Under the pieces are notes generated by a model. It saw only the letters and a list, made by a program, of their open reading frames with translations, was not told the origin of the DNA and did not search any database. From contig OX597815.1 in assembly GCA_951406725.2 (NCBI GenBank), forward strand, positions 166,594,001-166,658,000: a DNA stretch of 64,000 bases. Direction: 5' to 3'. This stretch comes from Octopus vulgaris. Lineage: Eukaryota. This document shows, in pieces, positions 1-16,285 of the stretch (position 1 is the stretch's first letter; every line of letters starts with the position of its first letter). The translations under genes were made by a program, and so were the position numbers.

Positions 1-43
1 CTTACTATATACTTCTGTATATTTAAGATGAAAAGACTATAAT

Positions 44-257
44 GGTTTCAAATTTTGGCACAAGGCAAGGTTTGTGAAGAGGGGCTAAGTCGATTACATT
101 GGCCCCAGTGCTCAACTAATGCTTATTTTATTGACCCCAAAAAGATGAAAGGCAAAGTCGACCCCGGTGGCATGTGAATTCCGAACATAAAGACAAACGA
201 AATGCAGTTAAGCATTTTGACCAGCGCGCTAACGATTCTGCCAGCTCCTCACCGCTT
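44..257 (-). mobile_element. tRNA-derived SINE, family 1
   Basis: Reverse complement of the family-1 consensus (gatgaaaggcaaagtcgacc...gtgaattccgaac...gattctgccagctc), which recurs about 20 times in the window. Confidence 0.8.
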
Positions 258-436
258 TAACAGTTTCTTTGTGGTGCTTCTACACGGAATATCAGTGTAG
301 AAGTATCATATTAATTGTTTACCCTAAGTCAATTCTGATAGAGAAGAACTACAATGAAAGCGAATCTAGCCGTGACTGTTTCGTCTTATTGCTATGTAAA
401 GCGAGTCTAAGACCAAATTTAACTCTTTAATAATAT

Positions 437-642
437 TGGTTTAAAACGTTGGCACAAGGCCAGCAGTTTTGGTGGAGAAGCAGTCGATTACATCGACCCG
501 CATGGCCCAACTGGTAATTATTTTATAAACCTTGAAAGGATGAAAGACACAGTCGACTCCGGCAGTATTTGAACTCAGAACGTGAAGTCGGAAGAAATGC
601 TGTTAAGCACTTTATCCGGCAAGGTGATGATTCTACCAGCTC
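437..642 (-). mobile_element. tRNA-derived SINE, family 1
   Basis: Same consensus; it supplies the spurious N-terminus of ORF 569..916. Confidence 0.8.
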
Positions 643-717
643 AATTTTATCTAGCACAGTGGTTCATAACCTGGGGTCCGCAAAGATTGTACTAGGGGTC
701 CATGAACTAAATTTAAA

Positions 718-1887
<1,170 letters not shown>

Positions 1888-2362
1888 AAAAGGCTAAGTA
1901 TATTAAAGGGGGTCTGTGGGAAAACTCATTTCAATAAAAGGGTTGGGAGCCACTGTTGAGAACCATCGTGAAAAGGCCGGGAACCACTGATCTAGCTCTT
2001 TGCCCTTTTTAAGACGGCAGGGTGTAATTTGAGGAAGATGCGACTGCTATTTCTAGCAGATCAAGTGACTATGTAGAGTCCCTGTGATGACAAGTTAATT
2101 ATAAAGGTACGATATTTTCAATGACGGTAGACAAGGAAGAACTATGACTGTCAGAGTCAATTAAGTATTGGGTAACCTGCCGAGAAGGCCAGCAGTTTAA
2201 ATTCTGGCACTGTGTCAATTCCTCACTGTAAACAGCAGCGATAGTAGCTGTAGTAGCATTATCAGTAACAGTATAAGCAGCAGTATTTTAGTGAAACTGA
2301 TTGTAATTTTAAAGACTTTGTGATAGGCCAGTTGTCCACCCGGGGAGATATATAACTCTCAT

Positions 2363-2780
2363 TAAGGCGGCGAGGTGGCAGAATCGTCAGCACGCCGGGC
2401 GAAATGCTTAGCGGTATTTCGTCTGCCGCTACGTCCTGAGTTCAAATTCCACCGAGGTCGACTTTGCCTTTCATCCTTTCGGGGTCGATTAAATAAGTAC
2501 CAGTTACACACTGGAGTCTATGTAATCGATTTAATCCCTTTGTCTGTCCTTGTTTGTCCCCTCTGTGTTTAGCCTCTTGTGGGCAGTAAAGAAATAGATA
2601 TTTCGTCTGCCGTTACGCTCTGAGTTCAAATTCCACCGAGGTCGACTTTGCCTTTCATCCTTTCGGGGGTCGATAAATTAAGTACCAGTTACACACTGGG
2701 GTCGATGTAATCGACTTAATCCCTTTGTTTGTCCTTGTTTGTCCCCTCTATGTTTTGCCCCTTGTGGGTAATAAAGAAAT
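2363..2780 (+). mobile_element. Dimeric family-1 SINE with TSD
   Basis: tRNA-like head (tggcagaatcgt...gagttcaaattcc), body repeated twice; flanks atatataactctcat (2348-2362) / atatacaactctcat (2781-2795). Confidence 0.85.
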
Positions 2781-3111
2781 ATATACAACTCTCATCAACT
2801 TTACAGAAACCGAAATTATGAGCATTTTGAGCTAGGAAGATTATACGTGAACCTATGGGGGCCTTAAATATATAAGCAGTTCTGATTTTTAAATAGGAAT
2901 AATGTATTATCTGGCGAAAATTGGTTGACATCTAGTTTACAAATTATAACAGTTACGCGTTGCTTAGATTGGTAGCTTAATTGTAGAAACGAAAATATTG
3001 GTAGACACGGAATGGTCCGGCAATAATATCTACATGACAGTTACTAACGAGAAGAGAATTTTTATTGGTAACCATAAACAAAGTGTTATAGCAGGAATGT
3101 GAAATAATAAA

Positions 3112-3167
<56 letters not shown>

Positions 3168-4475
3168 ATTAAAGTGGTTGGGGGTAGAAAATAAAGGAGA
3201 AGCAAATTAAGGATTCCACTGGAGCCAATAAACAGAAACTTAAATCATTCCCCAGATATTGTTCATTTGGAATGAATGAAACTCAAGTGAAAGAGGAAAC
3301 CTTTTACAATTTAGTTTCTAATATCGCTACTGCAGTGTTATCCGCGATGTCACATCACGCTCATAAAAATGAAAAATCATTAAGGGACCCGCCACATGAT
3401 CGCACAGCTTACCAGAAATACCAGCCAAATCTCAACACATCACACTCGAACCAACTAAAAAATAGGGAAGATACATTGGATAATATAGTCTTCAATATAA
3501 AGTTAAAACAGGATGGTCACGGTTGGAATGCTTTTGATCAAAATTCTCTTCGATTAGAGATGACATGGATGAAAATGCTACAGATATTACAACGTTTTAA
3601 ACCAATATTATTAAAGAGTTAAAGGAAAATTAACTCAAGCGGGAACTGAACTTGGAAAATAAGCTATACTTGGCGACTGGCTCGTGCAATAAAATCTTCA
3701 AAGAGAAAACAACATGAGTTACAGAAGAATAACAGATTTCACCCTCAAAACTACCACAGGCTGGACATGTCATAGCAGACAGATGGCGTATAACTTAAGC
3801 TTTTTAGTTTTGGCAATTGGTCGATGACGATTGTGGTGGTAATGGGGATAGCAATAAAATGGAAATCGTGCGAGATAGATAAACAAATAGAGAGAAAAAA
3901 AAATGTGTGGCAGAAGAAAATAGGGGTAATTATTGATGTGGATAACGAAAAGTAAATAGCGAAACGGATGAATGCATATCGAAGCGAGGTGGATAACTGT
4001 CAAGTCTTTTATACTGGTTTCAAATTTTAACCTGTATAAAACCCGAAAGTATTGTGAAGAGTGCAGTTTACCTGAATGGTAAATAATCTGGAAAGTGAAG
4101 CCAGTGAACCGTTTGTATTGTGGTAATTTGATAGTCGCTTAGTTTTTACACCCCAGAGGAGCCCTATTTAACCTATATCCTATTAACTTAAAAGCTTTCA
4201 ATAACTATTATATTTAGCCTTTTTTTATATTATCAACAATTTTATATAATCGCTACTATACTCATAAAAAAAGAGCTGGTACTTATTTTCTTCTAATCTC
4301 CTGCAGTATAAGACTCTTGAAGGTGATCGTCTTACATTTGCGTCTGTTGCCATGCTTTGTCTATGAGTTAGAAAATTCCTCATGGTATGCCATTTTGGTA
4401 ATGTGTAAATTTACAAATAAAATTTGGTAAGAGAAGAAGGAATCGGAAAAAATGGTAGAATGCTGCACTAAATAT

Positions 4476-4690
4476 TGGTTTCAAATTTTGGCACAAGGCC
4501 AGCAAGCTCGTGGAAGGGGATAAGTCGATCGCATCAACCCCAGTGCTGAACTGGTATTTATTTTATCGACCTCAAAAGGATGAGCAGCAAAGTCAACCTC
4601 GGTGGAATTTAAACTCAGAACGGAAAGACAGACGGGATGCCGCTAGGCCCTTTGCCCGACGTGCTAAGTATTCAACCAGCTCATCGCCTT
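4476..4690 (-). mobile_element. tRNA-derived SINE, family 1
   Basis: Family-1 consensus, reverse complement. Confidence 0.8.
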
Positions 4691-5489
4691 TGCTGCACTA
4701 AATATTCTACAGAATTTAATTTGTCGAACTTCGTTGCAGCTCATTATTTCGAGGTCAACTTCATCATTCGAACAAAATAATTGTAGCTCAACGCCACTGA
4801 TTTTATAGAGGATATGGTCGATTAATTAACCTCCTCAACTCCTTAATTTATTGACTGACTGCTTTCCCTCCTCCGAAAGGCTGGAAACCATAGTCGACTA
4901 AAGTGGGATTTGAACTCAGAAAGTAAAAGAGCGTAACTATGTACCGCAGGCGTTGTATCTAACGCTAGAACCATTTCGCCAGCGGACTGCCGTTTTCGCA
5001 ACAAATTGTTAATTTCGCAACAATTAACAACTTGAATAATTTATACTCTTGTAAACTACAGGAGCAATAGGGTCTCAGTCATTTTATTACCCAGAACTTT
5101 TCATGAGAAACTTAATAAACTTTAGTTTGTCACTAGGCTGGTAATAACTGTCGTTAGATCTACTAGACGAAGATGATAGATCAATTTTCTATATAATACC
5201 CTGATGCTGATACATAAATTAAAACAAGAATAACCACTAAAAATAAAGCTAATAAAAACAACGAAAACTCAAGTCAACGGGTACTTCCAAAGCAAGTCAA
5301 CCTTAAATTAAACAGGGGTCTTTGAAAGGGACATTAAATCTGATTATATCAATAAGTCAACAATTGATATTTCATAACACACTTGTTGCTGTTTCATTGA
5401 TCAAAATAACTGGGGTTTTTTTACTCAAGAGTGCCGTGAACGTCACGACTTCACACCCTTCCTCCAGAACTATCTTTTATTCAGCTAAA

Positions 5490-5685
5490 TACACGTCATT
5501 GATTGGTTGAAATTACCGAAATACGACAACTTTAAAACGAAATAACTTCGAAAATATAAACTTTTCTCAAAAACGCTAAGAGTAAACGATATTTTATATG
5601 ACACATTCTACCAGTATACAAAGTTTAAAAGTGCTTAGTTACAAAAAATTGTTTTCTAAATCTGCTGGTCAAAAGTTAAAGATCC
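5490..5685. mobile_element. Fragment related to the MITE at 22123-22541 (right end)
   Basis: Shares gattggttgaaatt, acacattctaccagtatac and terminal aaagatcc with that element. Confidence 0.55.
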
Positions 5686-6382
5686 GAAATATAAACTAAA
5701 ATGTGTATTAGGACATAGGTCTGGATTGTTGGGTGGTAATATTTCTAAGTTTAACTCGTTGAGATTAGTTTTACGTTTCTGTATTCGTAGGAAAAGCATC
5801 AATGTCACAATTTGAATTCGTATTCCCCAACTTTTAAAAATACGATGTCTTTTCTTGCTTTCATACTTTCTTTCTTTTCTCTCACACACGAAAGATTATT
5901 ATTCGTAAGATAAATAAAAACATTTCATAGATAATTAGAAGTTTCATTCTTCTCCTCTCATTCTTTAATTAATCGCATTTTACGGCACTATCCTACAACG
6001 TTTCTAAAGTAAACCTCACTGGGAACAATTGTACTGCTGTGTTGCTGTTTAACAGTTTAACAAAGAATCTCCGGTGTGGCGACCATCTATGTTTAATTCA
6101 GTTATTAAAGTTATCACGTCCTATTTCTTATATACCACAAAGGTTGACTTAGATAAACTCACAACCTCTTTTGTTCCACGTGAAGTGTTTGCAAGTGTCG
6201 TATTATTAACAAAAGGAATATAGATGTACATCAGATTCTATGGTTAACCAATATAGAGTCATTTGAAAGTAACATGCTTTATGTGCGAGTTCAAATTTTG
6301 GTTCTAAATTCGAATACCGTCGCTGTTGGCCTTGCCTTTCTAGTAACTGATCAAACCTCAGATACTCTATAAATATTAGCTA

Positions 6383-6780
6383 TAGGCGCAGGAGTGGCTG
6401 TGTGGTAAGTAGCTTGCTTACCAACCACATGGTTCCGGGTTCAGTCCCACTGCGTGGCATCTTGGGCAAGTGTCTTCTACTATAGCCTCGGGCCGACCAA
6501 AGCCTTGTGAGTGGATTTGGTAGACGGAAACTGAAAAGAAGCCCGTCGTATATATGTATATATATATGTATGTGTATATGTTTGTGTGTCTGTGTTTGTC
6601 CCCCCAACATCGCTTGACAACCGATGCTGGTGTGTTTACGTCCCCGTAACTTAGCGGTTCGGCAAAAGAGACCGATAGAATAAGTACTAGGCTTAAAAAG
6701 AATAAATCGTGGGGCTGATTTGCTCGACTAAAGGCGGTGCTCCAGCATGGCCACAGTCAAATGACTGAAACAAGTAAAAG
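6383..6780 (+). mobile_element. tRNA-derived CORE-type SINE, family 2 (full length)
   Basis: Head ggcgcaggagtggctgtgtggtaag...gggttcagtccc, CORE-like cttgggcaagtg, internal TA/TG tract, tail ggcggtgctccagcatggccacagtcaaatgactgaaac. Confidence 0.85.
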
Positions 6781-8305
6781 ATTACTCAAATACGTTACTT
6801 TCTTAAACTTGACCGATTTCGAATTTACTGTGTTTTGTATGTTTCTGAGTTGAATATTTAGTTTCACTTGTTTAAGTTCGCCCAAGTTATTGTTATTGAA
6901 TAGAACTATTGTCAAAGGTATTTAAGTCGTAATGTATTTCACCCTTTTCGGGTATTGCAGATTCAGACTGGTATTATTTGAAAGAAATTTAGCGGCTATT
7001 TTCAACAGGTGAGGCGACTACGTTGAGGCCTTTTCATTGGCTGGCGTTGTGAATAAGTATCACATCTTAAATCGCGTGTCTCTCTGGGCAATTGGAAAAC
7101 ACTGATGTGTATCGATTCGTAAAAGACCTTGTCGAATCTTTGTCTATCTAGTTAAAAGGAATTATATTCGGTTCGATGCTTGATTTATCACTAAATGCTT
7201 TTTTTTTCAGACCGAGAAAATCATGAACCTTAAATCTAAGGCCTTTTTTCTTCTTTTACTAAGTGGAATTTTGTGGTTGGGACGTTCACCTCGTGTTCTT
7301 AATGTCGTGTGTTCAATGCATAGACTATGCATTGTATTCTTGAGCAAGGCACTTCTTTTTACGTAATTTCAATCTACGCTGCTGTAAATGAGTATCAAAC
7401 AGGTTCCGGTGCAACACTCTCCTTCCAGTCGCCATCCCGCTGTCAACCATTGCTTGACAACCGGTGTTTGTTTACGTTCCCGTAACTTAGCGGTTCGGCA
7501 AAAGTACCCGATAGAATAAGTGCCAGATTTAAAAAAAGTACTGGAATCGATTTTTCGACCAAAATTCCTTCATGACGGTGCCCCTGCATGGCCATGGTCT
7601 AATGACTGAAACAAACGAAGTAGTAAGGATAAAAGTAATGTCAACGGTGCAAATAACAAGTTCTAGCTTTAATGTTCATACAATCCGAAGTTCAACACTT
7701 TATTGTTTTTCAGATCAGTCCTGGGTCATGTTGATTTTCATCAAATCAAGATCAATAAGATTAAAAATATATAATTGATGACGTTATAAGAATATATCAT
7801 CTTCGAGAAAAAACAAATAAAGCTATAGATAGTAGCGTGTAAATATTGGGTTAAAAGAAGGAAATCGAAGATTGTCCGAGGGACGTGAACGAGTATCTCC
7901 CGAAGGTATAGCAAACGTTTTACCATTAGGACAAAGCAACCTCTTGATTTACCCCGTCTCTTGAAGGAACTTTATTCTTACTTGCAAGAACTGTTTGTTG
8001 TTGACGTCATGTGAATTTATAAACTGCGAGTGAACGTAAAACAATTCAATTTTTGGAATAGTGGATCTCGAAGCAAATAAAGCAGCTATAATAATTGGGC
8101 TAATTGAGTCGATTATACCTCACCGCTATAAAATTGACGCAGTGTTTAATCACCGGATCTATGGTTTATAAAAGAAAGACATTAGAAATGATATATTGGT
8201 GTCTCACTTTTTTGTAAGATAGTATTTTGCCAGGAACAACTTTTTCAGACGTTGGTATCGGCACAGAAAGAGTCGACAGTACAGTGGGTTCGATTCAATA
8301 GTCAC

Positions 8306-8356
<51 letters not shown>

Positions 8357-8506
8357 TGCGCAGGCGTGGCTGTGTAGTGAGAAATTTGCTTCCTATCCAT
8401 TTGGTTCTAGTTTAAGTCCCATTGTGGGGCACCTCGGGCAAATGTCTTCTACTATAGCCACGGGCCGACCAAGGATTTGGTAGACAGAAACTGAAGGAAG
8501 CCCGTC

Positions 8507-9880
<1,374 letters not shown>

Positions 9881-10142
9881 AACACTCCATATAATAAACA
9901 ATGGTAAAAGAATATTTATGAATAAAAATAAACCGGAAATGATACTATCGCTACCACAAAAAAAAAAACAACTTCCGCTTTCAGAGCGCCTGTGTTTGAA
10001 AAGGTTTAACGAAAGCGCTCAGACACTAGAAAAAAATATTCTCAAAAAGGTTAGTAACATCCTCAAAAGATTTCATAATATTTAAAAAAAATAATAAGAA
10101 AGAAGTCACCTTTACACTTCAAACACTACAAATAATCCTCAT

Positions 10143-10242
10143 NNNNNNNNNNNNNNNNNNNNNNNNNNNNNNNNNNNNNNNNNNNNNNNNNNNNNNNNNN
10201 NNNNNNNNNNNNNNNNNNNNNNNNNNNNNNNNNNNNNNNNNN
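10143..10242. other. Assembly gap (run of N)
   Basis: 100 N characters. Confidence 1.
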
Positions 10243-10261
10243 AATCCTCATGGACTTCCAA

Positions 10262-10321
<60 letters not shown>

Positions 10322-10515
10322 TGTTTCCCACCACCGCTTGACAACCGATGTTTGCGTCTTTACATCCCCTTAACTTAGCGGTTTGGCAACAGATACCGAT
10401 AAAATAAGTATCATGCTTAATAAAGTAATAAGGTCTGGGGTCGATTGGCTAAAATTCTCCAAGTCAGTGCCACAGTGTGGCCGCAGTCTAACAACGGAAA
10501 CAAGTAGAAGATGAA

Positions 10516-10558
<43 letters not shown>

Positions 10559-10660
10559 ACGTGATCACTGTGACCGACCAGGCTATCGGATGTTGCTATA
10601 TATCGCTGGTCACAATGCGCTTCGCATTGTTTTAGCCTTCAAATGACGCTATCCCGCTGG

Positions 10661-10881
<221 letters not shown>

Positions 10882-11281
10882 TTCTACTGCAAAATATTGT
10901 CTTGTACTTGGTGAGAAGGAATTGAAGGTAACCTGATTTCCATGTCCGGTTGGATACATTTCATTTATTTTGCACTACAAATGGTCGCAGAGAAGGTCAC
11001 GCTCGTGACAACATACTATTTCTACCTCAATTTAGAATTTAAGGCATTATGCTCTCACTAGCAATCGTAATTTATAAAGAAGGAGTATCCGAAGAGCAAA
11101 AAGATAATCTTTCAGCGAACCGAACCGAACAGAATTTACGCACCGGTTCTGATCACTGGTTGAAACTACTGACGCCAATAATGTAGTTGAGAGGTGGGGG
11201 TATGAGCTTCACATAATAACCTTAGAATCTAGGACAACCTCGTTAGCAGAAAGACATACAGAGATAAATTGATAGATAGGT

Positions 11282-11329
<48 letters not shown>

Positions 11330-11398
11330 AGAGAAAGAGAGAAATTAAGAGTGTATAAGATTTAAATTCAAGTCCAATTCGAATTGATATCAAGTAAC

Positions 11399-12319
11399 GA
11401 TTTTAATCTCAAAACCTCTTCCTGGAAAAATTATTGCCAAGTATCTTCTTTCCTCGGTATAATATCCAACAATCTGTTCCAATCAATTATTTCTTTCTTA
11501 CGCATTTTACTCTTTTACTCTCAGAAATATGTATTGGTTTCACATTTTTGGTACAAGACCATCAGTTTTCGGTGGAGAAGGTACGTCAATTACATCGAAC
11601 TTAGCGCTCAAAAAAATCAACCTCGGCGGAATTTAAACTCAGAACGTAAAGTCGGACGAAACGCAGCTAAGCATTTTGCCAGGCGTGCTAACAATTCTGC
11701 TAGCTCACCGCCTTTTCCTGGGAAATATATCAATGTCACTAACACTTACTTCGTGTAGCCTTAAAAATATATTAGATATACACAGCCACCCCTGCGCATA
11801 TATTATAAGCGCAGGAGTGGCTGTGTGGTAAGTAGCTTGCTTACCAACTACATGGTTCCGGGTTCATACCCACTGCGTGGCACCTTGGGCAACTGTCTTC
11901 TACTATAACCTCGGGCCGACCAAAGCCTTGTGAGTGGATTTGGTAGACGAAAACTGAAAGAAGCCCGTCGAATATATGTATATATATATATATATATGTA
12001 TGTGTGTGCATATGTTCGTGTGTCTGTGTTTGTCCCCACAACATCGCTTGACAACATATGGTGGTGTGTTTACGTCCCCGTAAAGAGACCGATAGAATAA
12101 GTACTAGGCTTACAAAAGAATAAGTCCTGGGGTCGATTTGCTCGACTAGAGGCGGTGCTGAAGCATGGCCGCAGTCAAATTACTGAAACAAGTAAAAGAG
12201 TATAAGAGATACATGTGTAAGAAAGAAATAATTGATTGGAACAGATTGTTGGATATTATGCCGAGGAAAGAAGATATTTGGTAATAATTTTTCCAGGAAG
12301 AAGTTTTGAGATTAAAATC
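11399..12319. repeat. Inverted repeat, arms ~107 bp (11399-11505 / 12213-12319), enclosing two SINEs
   Basis: Both arms translate as DFNLKTSSWKNY.Q.SSFLGIISNNLFQSIISFL on opposite strands. Confidence 0.9.
11808..12205 (+). mobile_element. Family-2 SINE
   Basis: Family-2 consensus from head to tail. Confidence 0.85.
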
Positions 12320-12424
12320 AGTGTCAAGTTGACTTAGCATCTCTGTCATCGATGAAATAAAATAGTCCAGATCTGTAATAGGAAGACTCGAATCACTTGG
12401 ATATTTATAATAGCATTTTAGTGT

Positions 12425-12782
12425 TTGGGGTGAAATTTGCGAAAATGACAAGAGTGGATGGTATAGCTTTAAGTGCAGGACTGTGGATCGGGGAAAAGGA
12501 ATTGGAAAGGGCACTTTTCCTAAGTTTTCAAAGAGAGCTTGGACGGTGAAGTTCGTCGTTTATACCTAGAGATCCTCTCGTATCAAGAGGACCACATTGC
12601 TTTTATCCTTCTTATTTTTTTACTGTTGTATACTGTGTATACTTCCCTCCTTTGTTTTATTGAATACTGTGTATACTTTCAAAAAATTCTTTTATCATTT
12701 CATTATATGTAAACACTAACACTTTATGTCTGTCTGTGTATTGTCCCGCTCATCCTTCGCCCTGGTGACAGATAAAATAAAT
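12425..12782 (+). mobile_element. Probable Tx1/L1-type LINE 3' end
   Basis: WVKFAKMTRVDGIALSAGL resembles WVNVARMARVKGPALNILL* near 20730-20790; T-rich UTR ending in aataaa followed by (ATC)n. Confidence 0.4.
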
Positions 12783-12796
12783 CATCATCATCATCG

Positions 12797-12830
<34 letters not shown>

Positions 12831-13199
12831 AATTATTATTGAGTGAGATAGCAGTGCCAACTATCAAAGTGACTACTCACTTGATAAGGGTACACCAGGC
12901 ACATGCGTCACAACCATATGTGCACGACATGGCAATTTCATATCAAGATAAACAGCGTATGATCTTGCAGGTGGGGGCCCAGTTAGAATTTTCTTCGGGT
13001 CGAGAAACCCATCCCGCTCAAAAGGTCCCTGAATAAGGGTTGTTTAAGGATATTGAAGGAACCCCCCATGTTTCTAGAGGTGAATTATTCAAACCCCAAA
13101 GAATCCCCTCAACACATGGCTATGATGCTCCCCTTCTACTTCTGCTCGTGATCAGAGATGCACATATCGTCAGCCACTAAGGGACATAAACTATTATCG

Positions 13200-13697
13200 G
13201 AGTCTGGTTCAGTCCGGTTCTCCAAGTGGACAAGAACTGGGGTGACGTGACAGACAGGGTGGCTTGTCGCATCCAGAAATGGATCGAGAGGAAGCTGTCT
13301 CTGAAAGGTCGGGCGGAGGTAGCGAATGTGTACATCGCATCCGTCATATACTACCGCCTGACTGTCGTCTCTTGCCCCGCTTCGTGGCTGAACGGGCTGG
13401 TGCTTTTGCTCTTCCGCTTCCTGTGGAGGGGACAGGTACTGCTTGTCAGACGGTCCATTTGCTGTCAGCACCCGTTGTGTGGAGGACCGGGCATGCCGTG
13501 GCTGAGGATGCGCAGATATGCGCTGAGGCTGCGCCATCTCCAGCGATACCTCAATGGTGAGCAGGTGTGGTCGCCTTTTGTTGAACGCGCTTTGTTAATC
13601 GTTGTGATTGTTGGCTGTTTACACGTTTAACCTCACCGTCCCTCGTCTGTGTATCGTCCTCTGTGTTTTGTATTCTGCCCTGTGGCCAATAAAGAAG

Positions 13698-13698
<1 letters not shown>
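13200..13698 (+). mobile_element. Tx1/L1-clade LINE ORF2 fragment with 3' tail
   Basis: RIQKWIERKLSLKGRAEVANVYIASVIYYRL...FRFLWRG...GGPGMP is typical of the post-RT region of L1/Tx1 ORF2; GC-rich; tail aataaagaagg followed by (TTA)n. Confidence 0.8.
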
Positions 13699-13752
<54 letters not shown>

Positions 13753-14538
13753 CATTATTATTATTATTAGCACGCTGGACGTATTAGCGGTATTTCGCCC
13801 GTCGCTACGTTCTGAGTTCAAATTCCGCCGAGGTTGACTTTGCTTTCATTCTTTCGTGGTCGATAAATTAAGTACCAGTGAAACACTGGGTTTCGATGTA
13901 ATCGACTAGTCCCCTCACCATAAAAATTTCAGGCCTTGTGCTTCCAGTAGAAAGAATTATCATTATCATTATTATTGTAAGATGGGTACAAGAGACTACA
14001 ATACATAAACACTTGATACCTGTTATATGTAGATATTAATATCCTTTCTACTTTTAGCATAAGGCTTGAAACTTCGTGAGGGATCTAGTCAATTATATCG
14101 ACACCCTGTTTAACAGGTGCCTATTCCATCGACTCCGAAGGGTTGAAAAAGGGAATTTGAACTCAAAATGTAGAACCGGAACAGATGCCGCTAAACATTT
14201 TGTTCGGTGCGATAAAGATTTTGTCAGCTTGCCATTATTTACATTTATACCAATATCAACGACTCCGGATGGATGAAAGACAAATTTTTCCTTCGATGTC
14301 ATTTTAAGTCAGGACCGAAAAGAATTTACACACGCACAGACGTGTGTGTGAGGGAGAGAAACAAAGAGAGAGAGAGAGAGGGGAGGAGAAACAGAGGGAG
14401 ATATAAGGAAAGAGGGGAAAGAGAAAGAGAGAGAGAGAGCTAAGAATTGTTTCAATTTTTGGCACAAGACCACTAATCTTAGCGAGTAGGCGATAGTCGA
14501 TTATACATGTATATACATGTATATATGTAGATATATAT

Positions 14539-14589
<51 letters not shown>

Positions 14590-14981
14590 TACACGCACAT
14601 ATATATACGTGAGTTAAGTTAGAGGTTATAACAGTCGTCTAAGGGATACTTGTATCCAATAAATTAACTGGTGGCTTTCCTATATGTGATTATGTGTATT
14701 AGTATTAATGCTCACAAATGATAGGTAAGAACAAGAATAAACCAAAGTTTATCTATATTTAAGGAAAAAAAAAAAAGAAAATGGAGATAAAATGATAATT
14801 GATAATTTATCAATTATCAATTTTATTTTCGTTTTCTTTTTTACAACACACACACACACATATATATCTGTATATGTATGTATGTGTATACATACATTAT
14901 ATGAGTATGCATATATATATATATATGTATATGTGTTTGAATATATATGTAAACATATGTGCTTATATGTCTCTCTGTATG

Positions 14982-15035
<54 letters not shown>

Positions 15036-15039
<4 letters not shown>

Positions 15040-15121
15040 GGGCGTATGCAAAGTATTGAGCCTGAAAGTCTTGTATCATGTTTTGTTTTTTTGAAGCTCA
15101 AGATTTTTCATACACCCCTCG
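15036..15121. mobile_element. ~86-bp mariner-type MITE
   Basis: TIRs gaggggcgtatgcaaagtattgagc / gctcaagatttttcatacacccctcg, flanked by TA. Confidence 0.7.
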
Positions 15122-15689
15122 TATATGTATATATCTGTAGTACATTACTGATAGATTTTTTTATGGGCAGATATTCTTTTTTACTCTCGGCACAAGGCTC
15201 GAAATTTTGGAGGAGGGGTTCCAGTCGATTAGATCGACCCCAGAATGCAAATGGTAATTAATTTATCGAGTCCGAAAGGATGAAAAGCAAAGTCGACCTC
15301 AGCGGAATCTAAACTTAGAACGTAAAGGCAGACAAAATACTGCCAAGCATTTCGCCCGGCGTGCTAACGTTTCTGCCAGCTCGTCGCCTTAGTCTATTAG
15401 ATATTAAAATTACCTCTTTGCTGTGTTAGTCGATTCTACCATGCTAATCCTCTAAAAACTGATTTTCTTAGCTAACTACAAATATCCTTTGTTTGTAAAC
15501 GAAGAAAAAAAAAAGTTAAATATGCTAATTTATTTATTTTTATTTTTGTTTTTGCAAAACCATATCACGTGCAAATATAGATAAATGAAGCTCAACCAAA
15601 GAATCGAAACTACATCGTTGATTATGTTCACGCAGTCTTCATTACTCGCCACACTTCACCGATATATTATAGATAGATAAATCAAACAG

Positions 15690-16285
15690 GCACTTCGTTG
15701 ATTACGATGACCAGGGCTTCAATTGATCTGATCAACCGAACAGTCTGCTTATGAAATTGACGTGCAAGTAGCTGAGCACTCTACAGATACGTGTACCCTT
15801 AACGTAGTTCTCAGGGAAATTCAGCGTGACACAGAACGTGACAACGCTGACCCTTTGTAATACAGGCACTACTCATTTTTGCCTGCTGAGTGGACAGGAG
15901 CAATGTGAAATAAAGTGTTTTACTAAAGGACAAAACACGTCACCTGGAACCGAACCCACGCCCTTACGATCGTGAGCCGATTACCTTAATCACTAGGCCA
16001 CGTTTATTCCTTCTCGAGCCACGCCTGACTCATAAGGGGCGGTTTGCCGGTTTCCTTGGCATTTCGGTTCGTCGGAGGTGAGCTGCTAGATGCAGGAGGA
16101 GAGAGAGAGAAAGTTGTGGCGAAAGAGTCAGCAGAAGTTCGCCATTACCTTCTGCTGGAGCCGCGTGGAGCTTAGGTGTTTCGCTCATAAACACACACAT
16201 CACCCGATCTGAGATTCGAGCCCGCGACCGCGAGTCCGCTGTTCTAACCACTAGGCCATGTGCCTCCACTAGGCCACGTGCCTTC
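15690..16285 (-). mobile_element. Two adjacent tRNA-derived SINEs (families 3 and 4)
   Basis: Minus-strand heads gtggcctagtgattaagg...gggttcggttcc and tggcctagtggttagaacagcggactcgcggtc...ggctcgaatc; the second matches 41443-41720. Confidence 0.7.

Noticed and set aside
3272-3622. 116-aa ORF as a host exon
   Set aside because: No recognisable domain; its 3' part resembles a repeat also seen reversed near 43860-43920; no splice or homology support visible
6383-6460. SINE heads as functional tRNA genes
   Set aside because: A/B boxes are present but there is no complete cloverleaf, and each continues into a SINE body
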